Source of the DNA: Aplysia californica
Lineage: Eukaryota
NCBI RefSeq assembly: GCF_000002075.1
Contig: NW_004797466.1
Span: forward strand, 622,381 to 686,380
Length of the DNA: 64,000 nt
Reading direction: 5' to 3'
The notes beneath the pieces are model-generated. The model was not told the DNA's origin. It saw only the letters and a program-made list of their open reading frames with translations, and did not search any database. The stretch's first letter is position 1, and each line of letters begins with the position of its first letter. A program made the translations under genes and the position numbers. Below, one piece after another: positions 10,772-25,700 of this stretch.

Positions 10772-13700
10772 CTAGAGGAGGACCAGACACAACAAGCATG
10801 TACAGACCATGTGGAAAAGGGGATGTTTCATCGTTTTATCAAGTGTTTTACGGCACTTGCAACACAATAAGGTCATATAAGTGCCGAAGATTAGAGGTGT
10901 TACAAGAGAGTAACAAACACAAAAAAGAAGGAGGGGAGATATATGGATGATGAATGTTTTGATTGGAAAGAAGGAGCAAACTGTAAACAACATCAAAGCT
11001 CCCACAAATGATGAGGTATGGGGGAGGTGTTATAATAGTTATAATATAATAAAATCATAAATAATGCTGATGATTTCCATAGCACCCACTCCCATACACA
11101 ATGCAGCTTTGCGTGCTTTACCAAAACTTCATCTAAATACGAAGTACAAATGAATGAATATGATGCATACATTACACTGATTAGAATAACGTAAAAACAA
11201 AAGTGCGGTACTATGAATTTGAACAAGAAGGACTAACTATCAAGATGGCATTTCATAAAGGTATGTTTTTAAATGAATTTTACATTGTGATGCATACCAC
11301 CATACAGATTGCATTTATTTACATGCAGTCTAAAACACCAAGCGAAATTAACCCTAAGCTTTAGGCATGGCATTAGTAGTTTTGGCTCAAGTCTGATCAG
11401 TGAAATTCCAAGTGGTCCTTGCCATTGGTTCAGGGTGGTACAACTTGCCCCTTTTTACTTTCTCCTCAGCTTACGGGCAAGGATGCACCATTTTCAAAGA
11501 GAGGCTAGATGCCTGAGAGAAAAAATACACTTAAACCAGTGCCAGTAGCGAAAAATTTGAAAAATTCTTTTAACACACTATTAGTATATCAGTTCTCCTG
11601 TCTCCCCCCCCCCTTTTTTTTTCTAAGCACACTAAACACTACACATAGAGAAATAGTAATTTATTTGAAGTCTACCTTGTAGGATTTGAAAGAGTCCTCC
11701 AGATCTTTCAGATGAGATTCATCAATCGGTTTTCCACAGTTCTCCTCCAGTCTGAGGGAAAAAAAAATTCTTTGTGGTACAAAAAAGGCATCATTAGTCC
11801 TGAAAATTGCACATTTTATTTTTCATGTTTCATGGCTTTGAAATGATACATTTTGCTCTTGTGCCAGGAGAGACAGACAATGGAATATGTCCTCAGTTCC
11901 TGTAAGGTAGGCTATCCCTTGCTGATGGCAGGTGCACATGGCGGCACAACAGAGTGCGTGAAAAAGCTGGTCCTCCCAATTCTTTGCAGTCTGGAGACCG
12001 ACACCGACAGCAGACTAGCCCCAGTCCAGGTATTCTCCACAGCAGGGACGAATAAGAAATGGGTTGGAAGAAAGCAAGTGCCTTCCTTCTCAAGGACAGA
12101 GTAAAAACTCTTTAGGATCCGCAAAGGATTGGGAACTAGCTGCAGATCTCTCGGAGTGGCGAAAGTGCCATCCCATGATCAAGAGAACAGGTCTTAAACC
12201 AGATTTGTTCCCTGGTCAGAAACTGATGTCAAGATCTTCCAAATTGAGATGGCAGTTCCATACGAAAGTAAGATAAATGCACAACATCAGTTCAAGCTGG
12301 CAGAATATGAAGAACACTCAAATTAACTTCAAGGAGAGGGTTCCAGCTCCAAGATCATGCCAGTAGAAGTGGGTGCACAAGGGTTTGTTGCAGCCTCAAC
12401 ATTCACACTTCTGGGGCAACTAGGTCTTAAAGGCTGGGAAAAAAGGTAGCCAGCAAGCGCATTTCAATATGGCAGAGAAAAGTTCGAGCTGGCAGTGGAC
12501 GATGAAACAGAATGAAAGTTGAGCCGCAGAAATGGAACAAGAAATAGATATAGAAATTCCACAAAAAGTCTAGTAGATTCATATAGCTTTGAATTTGCTA
12601 TTTCCACTAGAAACTTCGTGGCATTGCGCAAACATTCATGGACTGAAGAACCAGAGATGCCCCAAAACCACTAGGGTTCCCCGACAAGCGCCAAAGTAAA
12701 AAGAAAAAAAAAAAGCAGGAGAGCACTTGGGAGTCATGACCTGAGTGTGGCCCGGCCCCCTTAGGGTGTAGGGTAGTTCAGGCCAAAACACTCTCTTGAA
12801 TTAAGTTGAAGGGGGTTCTTCCTCTGAAGATCTTTTGCAGTCCGCTCGCCCAATGAGTTTTCTCTCAATTCACCATTATGAGAAATTTGGTGATAGAAGA
12901 GAGGAAAATTAATGAAATGACAAACTAACAAAAAATTCTGACATGTGCTTTTGTGCACATATTTGATTTCAGGAGAATCAGATCACCTACATAATCAAAG
13001 AACCTGTCTGGAAAAAAAACAACTAAAGCATAAAAGTGTGCAGTTCTAGCAAAACATGACCCATCACATGCCACAAAAGTGTCAGCATCAACAGTACAAT
13101 TTTGAATTCAACATAAATCAGGCAAAAATTCATCAACAAATAACAAGAATAAACGATTTAGCATTGGATTTTTCTCTTTGAAATATGCATAACACTAAAC
13201 CTTTTCAAGGCTTTCCAGTGACTTGACTTGGTATGTTAGAGATGGATATTGAATTCAGATATCCTGCCTCTTTAATAACCACAGACTTCCTGTAAAGGCA
13301 TTAAACCCACCATATCAAGCCAACACTTTCATGCTGAGCATGCACTTGGTGTGGGGAAGGGCAAAGGTAGCATGCACTGAGCTTGAACCTGTAGGGTGAA
13401 TCAAAATGACTAGTGTACATTATTATAATTTATTTAAGTCCCCTAAATATCATCACTAAGACTAAGACTCACATGGGCAGAAGTTTCCTCATGATCTGGG
13501 TGCAATGTCTGTTCCAGCGTGTGATGTAGCGACTCCTCCACTCCATGATCTTGTTCTTGAGCAGTTGTTCTATCCTCTCCTGTAGCTCCATCACAAGGCT
13601 GTTGAATTTTTTGTCCTTGCGTCGATAGTGAAGCTCACTGGGCTGTAGGCAGAACACAGACACAGCTATAATAACATTGAACATATGTATCACATACCGG

Positions 13701-16700
13701 TACTTTTCTCTTTATTCTGCTCAATAATATCAGTCAGGAACAGATATGTTAAATGTTGTTATTAGTACAAGTATTGCTAAAAAGAAGTATTGAGATGAAA
13801 TTTAGATGTTTAGCAGCTAGAAGAAATCAGGTGCTCGTCAAAAGAATGAAATCAAAGAAATCGGCATTTCCCACTCATTGGACAATTTTTATCGGATTTT
13901 CCGTTTTACTCAATGCCTTTTGTGTCCATTTAAAAACACATTTCTGTGTGGATTTTACTGAAAAACCTCATTCAAATCACAAAAATTGTAAATTTGCAGT
14001 TTCTAAGGACACTCAGGCTTTGTCAGTTAATTCACCCAACTTTGGCAGCCATTTTCTCACTAATTTTACCTCTGACAAAAGTCAACCCCCATCTCCTTCG
14101 ATAGCAAAATATCTCAAATTCTATTTATGAAAGATGGGTATTTTTTACATCAAAAGCAAGACAAATGAACAAGCTTTTACTATACTTCAGTAAATCCATA
14201 TGCCCAATAATCCAAGAGCACCACATTGTGACACATTTATCGTTGTTTGTTTTAGTAGATGTTTTATGGCGCTCGCAAAACTGCAGAAGGTCATATGAGT
14301 GCCAAGGGGTGGATGTTAACAGAGAAGCCCTTGCAGGGAATCAGGCTTACTCTGCTCACCCCTCTAACTTCAACAGCACAAAGTCTGCTTTGACTATCAA
14401 GACACTCCGGAAATAGTGGGTCACAAGAGTGTGACAAACATATATTATAAAGAAGTAGAGGAAAAATGACGATAGTAAAGATTAGGAAAGAAAAAGCAGC
14501 AGTTCCCTGTTGAAGTTCAGGCACAGTTATGAGCATGACATTGATGAATCAGCCCATTCACACTTACAATTCTACTGTGCATAAGAACATGGTTAATGTC
14601 AAAGTATCAGTAGGCCCTACCATGAGGAAAAATGAATATATCAAAATTTTCAAGACAAGATTTACAATATCCTAATGAAGAATCTTTCACTTTATTTTAG
14701 ATACCTGAATGGAGGCTAATCCTCTGCTGGGAAAAGATTTGTTGTAGAAAGTTTGCCATTTGCTTGCATTGCTCAGGTTGAAATCCATTTGGGCTGGTTT
14801 TTCATACTGCTGGATGTTGGCGTAGATCTGCAACAATTGAAAAGAGAAATATGAAACCATCAGTTCTTTTAACTTTGACATAAACAACGAAAAGCAGTTG
14901 GTAGAACTTACATCACATAGTAATCTTTGTTTTACCATCCTTCCCATATTAAACATTAAGTTTTACTGTCCATATCACAGTACAATATTATTAACTTAAT
15001 CCTCAATGTCTTTCCCAAACACATTAAAAGCCCGCAGTCCTTTCTGTATAACAACATACAAATCTTTAACCTAACCATCTTTCCCACATTATAGATCATC
15101 TTAAGCTTCACTGTCCTTTTCATTTTACATGATAAAGTTAACCTAACCATACAGCTGTTACATTTGAGAAAGCAATATTTGTCCTTGCAGTCACAAAAGT
15201 TACAAAACCGTATTAACCAAACAAGTGTTTCTTGAGATTTGAATTGAGGAGGAATTAGAAATTTCTGTCTTCCTCTTTCCGACATCTTTTTTTTTTACAG
15301 CCTCAAGTAACCGCATTGCATCCGGCAGGGAATTTAAAAAACTATAACAACCTACTTGAGGTCTTAGCCAGATAGACTCACATTCTCCTGGTTGATGACA
15401 GAGCCAATGCTCTGAACTGGGCAGTAGTTGTCGAAGACACTAAACCGCTCCCCAGACCTCGGATTCCACAGAGAGTACTGACCACCATCATCTGTCAGCA
15501 CATAGGCTGTCTGACCCTCAGGAATTGCATTACCTGGAATAACATTTAAACTGTGTAATAACTATGTCTGAAATGAAATTAACGCTCAGCAATCACATTA
15601 CTAAGACTAACAAGTAAATTAGAATTCAGCAGTCACGCACTCAGCAATCATGTTGCATGGCATAAATTTAGCACCTAGCAATCGTTCTCTGGGAAAGAAA
15701 CTAATACCCCACAATCATGTGGCCTTAACTTAAGTTAACCCTGAAGCTGATAAGGGCAAACAAGTTTGGCCCTAAATTTCTTGTTGCGGGGGTGGTTATG
15801 GCCAATCTATTCCCCAAATTTAAATGCATTTTGAAATACAACATAAAACCAGTCCACCCCTTTGACATGATTGATATAACCAGGAAGAGGTCACACTTAT
15901 CATCATTTTTACTTCCATCAAAGGTAAATTGCATTATGACTCATCGATGAATTGATCTGAAATTTTAGGCCAAAACCAATGTGCACTGGGCTTTTAAAAC
16001 AACAAAAGAATATTTTCTGAACATTTCAAAAAGATAGGTGAGGATTTAGCTATTTCTGGTCTGAATGTTGAAGTAAGACTCTGATGATGAGGATTTAATA
16101 GACTTTATTACTTTATAGAGTCTCAGGAGCAGTAAACAGAACTAGATCAAGCTCATGAAAATTAGAAGTCACAAGCCTTCCATCATAGAGCTAGTGGGGT
16201 TATTGTTCGAATTTCTGGACCCATACTTTTGCTGTGGGAAAACTGTTATATCCGTTTATTCAAGAAGATCTATACATGTACTCTCAAATAGTTTTTTTTT
16301 TAATTTCTTCAAAAAATTTCTTGGAAATAGATTCTACATGTATAATAAAATATTCAAATAATTTCAGGATAAAAACACAATCAATAACCATGTTGTGATC
16401 TATTCTTTTGGTCATATATTTCCAACTTACCTAGGACAAGGTAAGCATTTTTGCCCATCCCCAGGAAGAAGTTTGTCAACAGTACAGCATGCTCTTCCTC
16501 GTCTCCGCACAGCATTTTCATGAATTGCTGAAAATATCAATACAAGCATCTAAGAAAATCAGTGCACAAAATAAACGACAAAGCTTTGTGGAAAGACTTT
16601 TGATCCCTCATGCAGTCTTGATAGGGTAAGTATAACATTTGCCCCCCCTCTATTCAGTTCATTAAAACAGTCTATGTAATGATTCCCAATGTCTTCTTCC

Positions 16701-19700
16701 TCATCCTCAAGTAACTTCATAATCTGTGAAGGATCAGAGGCATCAAACACTTCAACACCAATCAGAACAGATATTGTTTATATTGCTGCTCATTTATATT
16801 ATGCATGTGATTGTAAGCCTACGTGTTACCTTATCTGATACGAAGTGAAGAAGGTGTACACTATTGCATATTATTATTCCCCTTCCTATCTCTCTTGCCG
16901 TGAGAGAGAGAAAGGAGATGAAGAAAGAGAGAGAGAGAGAAAGAGAGGGGGGGGGGCAACCAAACCATTGTGTCCTAGCAACTCTATTAAACATCAAGTA
17001 CCGGTACCCCGAAGTGAACAGAATTACCAGAGAGCTGCTCACATAAAAGAAGAAAGTAAGAAGACACTCACATTGCAAGTACTCCAAATATCACATTGGC
17101 CTGGAAAAAGATTTGTGTCTGCCACAAAAGGAATCATAGCCACATAGCGAGCAGCAAGCTCCTGTGGAAGGAAGGGTGGGGGTGGGAGGTTAGAACAAAT
17201 CGCGCTAGACACGACAAAAGCAACATTCGAATCTTGTTTCCTTTTGGGTATACAAGAGACTGAAGAAAACTGTCTGACAGATCTCCTTATATCTATTTTG
17301 GGGTTTATGCCATCTTATATAAAACTTTATTTGCATGCTGACAAAACTTAAACATTATAACACAAACCAAATTCAGTGTCATTTTATCTCAGCTAGATAA
17401 CCAAATGTTTAGGGAGAAATCACAGTGTGAATTATAAGGCTGGAGTGAGGGGGGGTAAGTGTCCTGCTAAAAAAAAGGCTTGATATTAAAAGTCAAACAT
17501 TGGTGATACACAAAATGCAATTCAAAATTAATGATATTGAGTCCTCACGCAAAGTGAACATACTACTGAAAAGATTAAATTTCAAGAACCTAAGCACCTT
17601 TAACAAGACGAGTGTCTATTATTACGCACACACACACAGAGATATAAGCAATATTTTGGGAATTACACCCTTTATCAGGAGACATACCCCTTGAACGACA
17701 AACACTCTATGGCACTCAGTATATCGCATTATAAAAGGTGCACAAGACATGACGTTATCTCCGACGAGGGGGCAGGGGTGGGGGATGGGGGGAATAAAAG
17801 CCTCTAGGATATTCAATGGTAACTGACATGACATTTGGACTATACTTTCTTACAATGATATCACTGTAATTCATTATAATATAATTTATTTCAACTTTAA
17901 ATGATCAGAATATTTGAAAGACATATTAAGAGAATCATATTAAAAGCAGTCATTTGAAAAAAAATGTACTTTATGCAAATTTTGTGACGTGCTTAGTTCT
18001 AGTAATTGATGTGACTAATGATGTATTTTTTTTCTGTCCTGCCAGTCGAATAGTCCTTCTGATCTATAAGCACCATTGTCTCGACAAGGTTAACTGGGCT
18101 ATGAAGACTTGCCAACTGTTTTAAAACCCAGCAAGTGGCAACCAACCTTAAAAAATAAGATTACGCAATCACAAAAAAAATTATATTGAGTGGGACTGGT
18201 TTTAGTGTTGTGTATATGATAAGGCTACAATGTTCTCTCAAACTGCCGAATGTTGTATCTGGGACAGTCTATGGGAAATTCAAGACAGTTGGCAAGCCTG
18301 GTTTGGGTACAGAGTCAGGGTGGTTGATTGGCGGGTGCTCTGGTGTGGTTTTCTGCTTCTTTCCCGTCAAATATCTATCGTCCTTATCTCCCCTGATTCT
18401 TTTTTGTGTTCGTTATTCTCTTAACTTCAGCACTAATTTATGACCTTATTGTGTTGCAGGTGCTGTAAAACTCTTACTAAAACTAAACTAAACAGAATCA
18501 GGACAACATTCACGCAACCTACCATGGCTTTGGCAGGCTCGGTGACAGCTTCCACTTCTGGCGGGGGCTTGATGGCCTTGAAATACCTGGAGATGAACAC
18601 ATTCTTTCCTGAGGTGTCCATCACAGTGGTGCGGTAAGAGCGCTCTGGGAATCTCCTCTCCAGTGCCAACTGCCAAGCTTCTGCATGCATAATCAGGTCT
18701 TCTTCTTCGTTTGTGGCAAGCTGATGACATGGATGCAATAAATGTACGGACTTTAGTTAAAGGTGAAACCCTCGGGATATATTCATAGGAGTCCGCTTAT
18801 TCCAAAATCTGTGGGACCACTATATTTTCTTCGGTTTAGCCAGGTTTTTGGTTTAGAGAGTCTGCTCAAATAGAAGAAATAAAATTGGGGATGTCATTTT
18901 CTTTAGGTTTATCCTTGTTTTCGGATTTGAACGTGTTTTGTTAAAAGCGAACTCTGTTGTATAGTGTTGGAATGGTCCAAGACGGTCACCAAACGTCAAA
19001 AAGAAACGTAGTTGTCTAAGACATGTGGACATGTTGGAGAGTGTCATTATATTATAGAGATAGAAAGCAAAGGGGGAAGTGTGAATTGGTCGTTAGTACA
19101 GGTGATAGTTTTGGACAGGTGATAGTTAAAAGCTAGAGCAGGTTCAACTACAGGACAGAAGTACTGCATGGGCCACACAATCAGGTATCCACACTAAACA
19201 AGCTACAAGTTTGACAGTTGCCAGAAAGGTCGTTAATTGTTCTATGAAGGCCATCAAAATAGCTAAAGGAAGACAGTCGTACAGCATTTATTTTGGGTGT
19301 TTTCAGTATAAAACTTTTAAAAATAAAAGCTGTTGGATATATCAAACATTTCATTTCTTTCTCCAAGAACAAAGGGGTTACGTAGAGCAAAGGAAAGTAT
19401 TCTCCTTCACACTTCTTTCCTGTGTTAAACAAGACGCAAACGCATCTAGACTTATTTTAACGAGGAAAAAAAACCCCAATAACCATAATAGTTATAATTA
19501 ACATAAAAATTACGGTAAAAACAATAATAATGACAGTTACTATAAAATAAAAACAATAATACTGAAAACAATGATAACATAATAATATAATCATCATCAT
19601 AATAAATATTTCTAAAGCCTCGTCCTTTGAAAGTTCAAGCTGGAGGCATTCCAGGAATGTAGTAAACAGTACACAACAAATGACAGATAAAAACTTTAAC

Positions 19701-22700
19701 TAACATAAGACAGTATGAACGAGCCAGCTGTGAGGAAAGTTCCATAAAGAGACAACAAACATTATCCAGACTGCTCTTGTGTTTGAACCTGACCCTTACA
19801 CACACCGGATCAAACGTGTAAATTGTAAACCTACTTCGCAACAGCTGTCAGGAAGGCCAGAGAACACAGACAGAGACAGAAAACAAAACTCAATACCCCA
19901 ACTGCACTTATATAACTGCATGAGAAAATGCTTCACCCGCTCGCTATTACTTTTGCAGCCCCCGCGGTTTCCAATTTTAAGAAATTTGTTGTGTATTCTA
20001 CTTGCGAACAGTCCAAGAGCACCAACAACATTAAACATTAATAAATGAAACAACTTCTCGGGTTGTGTTCCACAGTTTAATATAAGACTTAAACTTTACA
20101 TGATTGTGACTTGTGCTGCCATAGGCTAGACATCTTTGTTGTTTTTCTATATAATGTGTGTTGCTCTTTTCTTGCTCTCTACGATACCGATATACTAACC
20201 ATTACAGTACTCGTTCTGGAATACTGAAAGTGGGTACTTATAATGTTACATCATGATTACTTTACTTTACAACAAAATTCTGCCTCACAAAAGTATCGTC
20301 ATAGTTGTCATAGTGTCATCAGGACATAGTTTCTGAATTTTTACCCCAATTTTCAAGACTCTATATAAAAAAAAACAAGCAACAACTCAAGGCTAATTGC
20401 TTTCTTATATATTTTTCACTATGTTCTGAATCAGCCCTCAAAATATCATGGATCTATGATTAACCATGAAAGCACAGTGATTTTTGCTTTTCCAAATGAC
20501 TGATACAAAAGGAAAGCAGTGCTTAAAGTGGCCAGTATTGAGAAAATAAAGAAAGAAAAATGACCTCTGAGAAGCATCACTAACCAGCCCCATAAATACA
20601 AAAATATCAACACAAAAGCATAAAAATGTACATGAACAAACATGCAATGNNNNNNNNNNNNNNNNNNNNNNNNNNNNNNNNNNNNNNNNNNNNNNNNNNN
20701 NNNNNNNNNNNNNNNNNNNNNNNNNNNNNNNNNNNNNNNNNNNNNNNNNNNNNNNNNNNNNNNNNNNNNNNNNNNNNNNNNNNNNNNNNNNNAAAGGATC
20801 TATAGGTTTGAAAGCACCACCAAAAAAAAGAAAAAAAACCCTTTTGTTTAAAGAACATATATTTTCTGATATTATGGTGAAAATATAGCTGTCCTCAAAT
20901 AATGATGCTTCAGCAGTGAGCAAAACAAGCTGCCTTTCAAATCTACTGATGACATGCAAGTGAGTGAAGACAGTGAGAGATATGACGCTGCCAAAGAAGA
21001 GCCGATCTCAAACAACCAGTGACAGATTAAAAAGAATCACTTTCCCATACTCTCACATTCTCAGACAAAAGAGAATGGGCACAGAATTTTAAAAATTCCA
21101 AAGAAAAGTGTGACATGCTGAAGTGATCCTTAAAGCAAAAAGTGTCTGAGGCAACCCCTTCACAAATCATACCTTGAACTTCATCATAGGGAAATGGTGG
21201 ATATGGAAATGCAACAGTCATTATTGGTCATTGATACAAACTACTTAATTATTACATAGATATAAAGGAGGGGGGAGGGTCGTTATCCTCTGGCAAATTA
21301 ACAAATAACACTGGAATATTTCAACCTTAATTATTACTAATTCCTTTACTTTATCGAATTTATGAGGTAGCCAAAATTTCAACCTTAAAAAGTAACTCTA
21401 TGAGACAACTTAATCCATCTTCGAAACAGACAACATTTGAAACTATGAGAAATTTTCTGAAAAATCTTCGAAACAGACAACATTTGAAACTACGAGAATT
21501 TTTCGGACAAAGTTTCAAAGTACACAAAATTAAGCGCTTATACCGAACAATATATCTATAAGACTTATAAAATTAAGTAAGGCTATCTTATTCAACTTAT
21601 TACTAACACGGCATATAGGCCTACATGTAGAAACAATAGGAATAACTGCATGTCCCCGTGTCTATGTCATTGAGGTGTGTGGGGTTTGCTGCTTTATCAA
21701 AGTCTAAAAGGGAACTAGTACGACCGACTACATTCTACAGTTTTAATACCTTCTCCTTGAAAGGCTCAGGCAGGATAAGCGAGGGTTCGATAGTGATGAA
21801 CATGGAGATGAATGTGCTGCCATGACCCCGTGTGATGTTCGCCTCCACCTCAGAGATGTTTGTTTGACCTTGAGACGTGTCGTGCGTGTAGCCCAACAAG
21901 ACAGGCGGCGTGTTCAACCGGAATGTGCCATCAATCTGAAAAGGCATACAAAAATTTGAGTAAAAAGGTATGAATGACTTCTTCATGATTATAGGGATAT
22001 CAAGCTATTTCTTAAACGAAATTTAAGATGAACATGGGGCCCTTTTTTGGTGCCAAATCTAAAAATGACAAAAACGTAAACCGGTTTTTGGCAACTAGTT
22101 TGATGTCGAAGTCGCCGTAAAGGAAAGTGCCCGAGCTGCTGTCAGGGGATCACCGGCACAGTGGTTTGGACTGCGAGCCGCTGGGAGCAGCTTGCCGGAG
22201 ATAAAGAGTTAATGAATATTCTCCCTACAAGAGGAAACAAACTCATATTCTCCTGCACGTTACAACAAAGAGTCTAAACACTATACCACAGATGCCAGTT
22301 ACTGCTGTAATTAAATACACTTTCCCCAAACAAAGTTTTATTGTTTATCTATAGCCATGTATCCTTCAAAAAAGGCTTACAACACTTAACAATAACACCC
22401 TTGGCTGGTCTGTTCATTTCAAACAACCGTTTCAGTCAGTCCCCCCACCATCAATAATAATATTCTATTTTTTGTGTCTCTCTGACTCTGAGAACATAAA
22501 TCACAATAACATGTAGGTTACACACTTTTGCGCTATTTAATAGCCTACCAACAAAAACAACAAAATATGGCACCACAAAAAATATATTTTTTTTTAACCA
22601 ACAACACTCTTGTACACTCACCTTACTGTTAAAGTAAACAGTAGAGAATGGAATATTGATGCTACCCAACCATTTCTTGTCGATTCTTTGATGAACATTT

Positions 22701-25700
22701 GAGTCTCTCTCTCTGTTGTCCTGAGGAAAACAAGATTATAAAATTGTTTAAATGGTAAAGCACGTGGGATGCTCAATGTTAAAAACAATCAGGAAACGAC
22801 AAATGCAATTTTTGGGACACCTGAATAATAATAATAATAATAATAGATAGCATTTGTATAGCGCATATCCCCGCTCAACAGCAGGCTCTATGCGCTTTAC
22901 ACTATATTATTACCCCAGCAGACCATAGAACACTCCGAAACATTCTCAGCTTCCCGGGAAGCATACAGTGCGAGCAGCCGATTAAGCGCTCAAACACTAA
23001 CAAACTGACAAGATCTTTCGCTGTCTATAGCCGGGTACCCATTCCCACCTGGGTGAAGTGAGGAAAATTCGTGTAAAGTGCCTTTCCCAAGGACACAACG
23101 TCGGGCCCCTGACGGGATTCGAACCCACGACCTTACGGTTGCGAGTCCGAGAGCCTAAAATGAGGGTCTTGAACATCTAGCTCTCACTGGCAAAATTGAA
23201 GGCAAACAAGGCAGGGGTAGACCCAGAACAATCTACTTGGGAAACCTAAACAAATGGGCAACAGGGAAAAATCAGGGAAACATAGCTTTTTTGAGAGCAT
23301 CCGAGTAAAGGAATGAATGGAGAACCATGATCGCCGATGTCTGTCGCAGATCTGGCACTGGATAATGATGAAAGCACATTACGTGCAGCTTGCTGATAGA
23401 CATTTCAGCATGAAGAAAACTTTACTTTTTATTTCATTAAAAAACTTTAAAGACCAAAAACCTTCCATTAACATAACCAACCCACACCATAATGTACCAC
23501 CCATATTAAAAAATAGGAAGAGGTAACTATACAGTATATACCATAGCTGACAAACACTGATGGACTCAGCGAAAACTATTACTGCTTATGTGCTTGACTT
23601 TAGAACAAATTACTATTCATTTTGTAGTTTTTATTGAGTCTATCAATGCTTACATGTTGCAGAAAGATTGGCCTTCTCCTACCAGCATCATCTGCACTAC
23701 CATTATGTTCCCTTGTTATACCTCTGTACTTTTGACAGCCCGACAGTCCCTGGAACTTAATGTCAGTAATCATGTTGATGTGTTTCTCTTTCACTAATAA
23801 ACCACTTTAAGGAAAAGGGAATTATAATATCCAGTGCCTACTGCAAAAATTGCCATTAAATCCTCGTTTAATATGGTTTGATCCACTTAAGAGCAGCCAG
23901 ATTTTCCTTCATGGAGGGGCAAACGCTAGTATTTTGGAACAATTCAATCCAGTCTTCCAAAACCAAACACATTTGACTTTTTAGGTTACGACAGGGTGCA
24001 TTTGATGAAAACTGGCCAACAACCAGATGGTCAGTAAGAGTCACATGAAAATGCACATTCAGATCTTCCATTTGTGCAATGAATGGGTCCTGATTGATAA
24101 CCTGGTCAAATTAAATGAAGCAAAACAGACGTCTATTTGATAGAGTGGGCACTGACAAGCACAATTGTCTATCCCAACCCGATCAGTTCACGAAGATGCA
24201 GCTCTGTTTGCCCATTGCACACATCCATTCTTACCTCCAAAACATCCACGGTGACCTCGTCAAACACGTTGAGGTAAATGACATCATCAATAGCTTGCAG
24301 AGCCGACGGGGAGTAGTCATCGTTAGGCACCCTGATGGGAGACAAAACCATATGTAACAGCTGCGACAAACAATAAAGGGAAGACACACACTGTAAGAAC
24401 AGTCACCACGAACAAATAAGGGGGGAGAACCAATAGAACTAAAAACCTATCAGTCACGGTCTGGGCAAATGAGAGACTGCTGATGTCGGTGCATAAGAAA
24501 ATCCAGAAATGGAGGCAAACAAGATAAGGCAGCTTCTCTGGTGTTAGGTAGGTAAGAGTTGCTGTACTTGTGTTGGAAATAATCTGTATCAGCTTTAGTT
24601 TTTCAATAGAGCTTATTTTCCTTTTGTGTAGAAAAAGAGGAAATTCTTTACAGCAAGGGGTTCTTTATGGGGTGTTTTTGAGTAAAAGTACACGTAAGCA
24701 TGTTTTTTTCCCCCTGAAAAATTAAAAATTATTCAGCACTCAGTTGTTTTGAGATATTGGGAAAAAACCTTGAGCTTCTCAAGAATGTGTAAATAGCTCC
24801 TTAACTTCAAGTGACAAATATTTTGGAACAACAGCTGCTTGAGAAAAATTATCTTCACCCTTTTGTAGGGCTAAAGCAAATCTTTCAGTTGATACCCACA
24901 TTGTATTATTGTCATGCAACATGTGACTCATTTTATTGTGTTGCTACACATATATATATATCTCCTAGTCTTACTTGAGAGTCAACTCCAACTCCTCGTT
25001 AAAGCTCGGGTTGACACCTTCTGCTCGCCTTGTACGAGTTCGAGACCGCTGGAACATGACTTCCACATAAGGACAGACCGACTCCTGTTAAGGATAAAAC
25101 ACATGGAGATATTGTGGAAAAACATGGAGATATTGTGGAAAAACTTGGGGATTTGTCCTGGTCAAAGCACGATTTCCTCGTCAAATCTTTAGTTTCTAGT
25201 TACTGGTAATGTAGAAAAGCCTGTTATTTGTTTCATATTCTCAATATACAGGGATTTTGTTTAAATAATTGAGCATCTTTCAGTTTGCAAAAGTCTTGAG
25301 AACCACTTAAGTAAACACTGTTTTTCTATGTCTTCTCTAATTGACAAAAATGGCAAAGGAAATTAAGCTCAAACACAGCTTCTCTGAAAACAGCAATAAA
25401 CCGAAAGAAAATAATATCCCCAATTTTTTTCTTTCTGAAAACCCTGCTAAACAGAAAAAAATCCAGTGGTCCAGCAAATTTCAGTTTCAGCAGACTCTAC
25501 CGTATAACAGTTGAGACCAAAAAAATGAGAACAATACCAGATGAGTGCTTCATGCTCTTTTACACCTACATGACCACCTCAAACAAAAAAACCAAAGTCA
25601 AACCATCAAATGTCCCCCACATTAACAAAATCAAAGATTGATGGCCTTTCCAACAATGACAGTATAAGAACATGACAAGATGGGAAAAAAATGTAATTTG

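Noticed and set aside
16559-16750. 63-aa acidic ORF on - strand
   Set aside because: Flanking CC2D2A exons join without it (WSTCN|QFMK), and I recognise no homology.
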